This document shows, in pieces, positions 61,333 through 64,000 of a stretch of DNA of 64,000 bases. The stretch is from assembly GCA_026026165.1 (NCBI GenBank), contig JAPEUD010000013.1, positions 186,001-250,000 of the forward strand. Direction: 5' to 3'. The notes under the pieces were generated by a model. It made no database searches and had not been told where the DNA came from. It saw only the letters and a list, made by a program, of their open reading frames with translations. This stretch comes from Sarea resinae (lineage: Eukaryota). The position numbers were made by a program, and so were the translations under genes. The stretch's first letter is position 1. Each line of letters begins with the position of its first letter.

Positions 61333-61995
61333 ATGCTCGCATTACAACCCGATAAGGGCAGTCGGGTCAGATATACGCCGAATGTACTCCCTTGCCGCGT
61401 AGACCGCAACGGACCAGTCAACGCATCGGAGAGATATTGGGCGCCGGCGACCGAAGGTATCAGCATACGCCTCCTCCATCACATCCTATAGTTTCAAGCA
61501 GCTGACAAGTTCAAGATGGAAAGACTACGGCTTATTTTCGAGGGCGCAAGCTTCATGGAAAAAGTGTGAGAATCCCGGAAAAGTATAGGGGTACGTGCCG
61601 CCGAAAGCTTTCCCAAGGTATGTCTTAATGAGTTGCTAAAGGTATTGTTGCCTATACTACGGATCGTGCTCTCAGAGAGAATGCGGTACAAGATGCGAAT
61701 GGAATGGATATGCGGGAGAGCGCTGGAGCAGCACGGGAAGAGGAAGACGAACAAGACGTAGAAGAAGTCCAGATACTCCAGGAGAGCGGATCATTCAGCG
61801 AAATCCTCGTGTGGGGCCATGAGGCCGAAGCAGAGGACGAAAATGACCCTTATCTAAAAGGCATGCAGGAGTGGATCTCCTTTGCTGAAACGGTATGGAT
61901 TATCCAGACGTTGCTGGGATCTTTATCTTGCTGAGATATTTCAGTTGCACGCCTATCCTTCGTCGGACGAAACAAAAGCGCCCGGTAACACCTAA
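61333..61995 (+). CDS. RNH203: Ribonuclease H2 subunit C (Rnh203-like), multi-exon
   Basis: TPNVLPCRVDRNGPV, TAYFRGRKLHGKSVRIPEKYRG, FSEILVWGHE...DPYLKGMQEWISFAET|LH. Confidence 0.85.
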
Positions 61996-62094
61996 TCCAG
62001 ATCCGAGTTTTTAACGGCATTTGTACCAGTGGCGAAAGTAGCGTTGGTGTTTGGGAGTACTATAGAGATATCCTTTGATTATCCATTGTTGTCG

Positions 62095-62671
62095 TTAACC
62101 TGTTTTGACCTTGAGATCATCTTGAAATTCGCCACTGGCTGCTTGCTTGTCCCATTCCTTTTGATCCTTCAAAAACTGCGCTTTCAAGGTCAGATACGTC
62201 TTGCAGCTGCGACATCTATTCCAATACTCGCGGAAAACTATTGATGACTCCAGCTTCTCCTTGGAATCATGATGTTCCGAGGTCTTTTCCAGTTCCTGAC
62301 CGGTGGCTTTTGAGTACTTGCGCCCACCAGCATGATTGGCATACCGTTTCGCTCTGGTCATGCCCTACACGCGTCGAATATTTAGAGGTGAGCGATTACA
62401 GCATTAAAGGGAGAATAATATATGAAGTCTAACATACCATCTGGATGAATTTCCTCGTCATGTCCATACCAACAAAGTCAGCCTGCTTTTCATATTCTTC
62501 AAACTTTTGCCAGAGATCATTTGCACTCTTCTGTGCAATATCGACCGTGCGGAACCTCCACAGAGGGAGGAGGGCACTCTTGTAAGGCTCAAAGGTCAGA
62601 ACACCTTGCTCCCCGCGCCCGATGCGGTAGCTCATGCGCGTGGCTCTATCTGTTGTGGTGGCCATGGCCAT
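62095..62671 (-). CDS. DUF4385 family protein; one intron
   Basis: YRIGRGEQGVLTFEPYKSALLPLWRFRT...DFVGMDMTRKFIQM|GMTRAKRYANHAGGRKY. Confidence 0.85.
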
Positions 62672-63024
62672 TGTATGGCATCAAACGTGTATTGAACATG
62701 CGAATTGACACAAATCTTCTAGAGTCATTTTCCAAATTGGTAAGACAATGGGTTCAAATAGTAGTCGGTGAGAATGTGAAAATGTATGGGTGACTTCGGT
62801 CTTGAGGTAATAGAGGCATCAACACTCTCCGGTCGCTGCATTCGCCACTAGTGCTAAAAACAGAAACATTGGATCCTCGCTTCGCGCGTCAATGAGGCGG
62901 ATAAAAAGCCTTCAAGACGACGACATTCCATCTTTGCGACCGTATGGTCATCGACGAATCACCACCACGAGGTCTCCCATCCTAAAAGAAGATACTATCA
63001 GAGGAACTTGCCCTCAGAGCCCAT

Positions 63025-64000
63025 ATGGCGCCCCGAGATTCGTCACAGGAGCCTGTAGGGACGCCTGATCCCGTTCACAAAGGTTTCGCCACTTTGGCCA
63101 CCTTACAGTATGTCTCTTTCTCTTTTCCAGCATATTTCCTGGATTCTTCCATATCGCTCAACCTCGAATCCGTTGCTAATTCTCTTCCAGGATCGGCGTG
63201 AAGGCGTTCGTTGAGAAAGTAAGTGGCTGCATGACTTGTTGCCATATTTCGCTTGTTGTTTGCACTGGCTTCCGTATTCATGTTGTCTGGCAACTTTTTG
63301 ATATTGACCTTAGATTGCAATTCTCTGGCGATTTTTACCTTTGGCGGTCTTTTTGCACCTGATCTAAATCCTAAGTCCTTACTGTGTGCTTGAATTTTTT
63401 TCCTTATAATTCGTCGCCGGGCAATATCCTAGTTCTATCTTCATGACGGCGTATCTGGTCTTGGCGCTGACCCCATTCTTCAGGATGGAGAGAAACGCAA
63501 AGCAGAAATTTTATCCATGCAACATCGAAAAGGACAGCCGTACTTCTAGTAAGAATTCCTTTTTATTCGAAACGTCTCCGTCTGGCGCTAATAAAACAAC
63601 AGTGTTCATTACGAGGAATTCAACAAGCGGCTAGACGGTCAGTATCTGCTCGAGATAATCTTATCACACCGTACTGACGAGAGCAGAGTGGGTTCCCGCG
63701 GATCGTCTGGACCTCTCAAAAGAAGTCGAATGGCCCGCCCCAGAAAAGCCCGAAAAGAAAAAAAGCGGTGCCATCAAGTCAAAAGCCCAGACCTCGAAAG
63801 CGGAATCTAAGGTTACTAAGAGCTTGAAACGGCCCCGGCAATCTTCAAGTCGTGATGTCTCGGCCACCCCCGAAGCGGCATCCGTCAACATCCCTGGGAA
63901 AGCACCTCGACCTTCTAAAGCAGGAGGAAAAGAAAACAATGAGTCTATCGCCGTCGTCCAGACAGAAGTAATCGATGGCACCCCCAAGCCTGAAGATGAA
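63025..64000 (+). CDS. ESA1: MYST histone acetyltransferase Esa1 (NuA4), 5' part only (chromo/Tudor-knot domain), runs off the window
   Basis: Manual splicing of short exons gives [87 protein letters not shown]. YVHYxxxNKRLDEWV is the Esa1/Tip60 motif. Not shown by the ORF track. Confidence 0.9.

Noticed and set aside
62095..62671. DUF4385 gene as a recent bacterial horizontal transfer
   Set aside because: It has a spliceosomal intron and host-like composition. Nothing in the sequence indicates recent acquisition.
63664..63987. Minus-strand 107-aa ORF at the window end
   Set aside because: Antisense shadow of the ESA1 exon on the plus strand.

Overview
Eukaryotic DNA from a filamentous ascomycete (Pezizomycotina), judged from short GT-AG introns with CTRAC-type branch points and from fungal gene content. 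Most of the window is housekeeping genes: OTU deubiquitinase, D-amino-acid oxidase, thioredoxin, ferroportin, Nuf2, AP-3 beta, an SDR dehydrogenase, Kei1, Ypt6/Rab6, Nop53, Rex4, a CFA-type methyltransferase, RNase H2C, DUF4385 and the 5' part of Esa1. The main accessory feature is largely missed by the ORF track. It is a ~7.8 kb TpA-rich, RIP-destroyed DNA transposon (~27535-35351) with imperfect terminal inverted repeats. Reading through the stops recovers three genes: an Academ/DUF6589-type transposase (+), a RecQ-like helicase (-), and a third spliced gene with a Zn2Cys6-like cluster (-). This fits an AcademH-type element carrying an extra gene. Other notable items: a thioredoxin with a probable GUG-initiated mitochondrial extension, two identical intron-containing tRNA-Arg(ACG) genes forming an inverted pair, and a large modular surface protein (Kex2 site, Cys cluster, Gly-X-Y collagen, Asn-rich repeats, GPI-like tail). 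All family assignments come from recognising motifs by eye; no database search was run, and exon boundaries were inferred manually.
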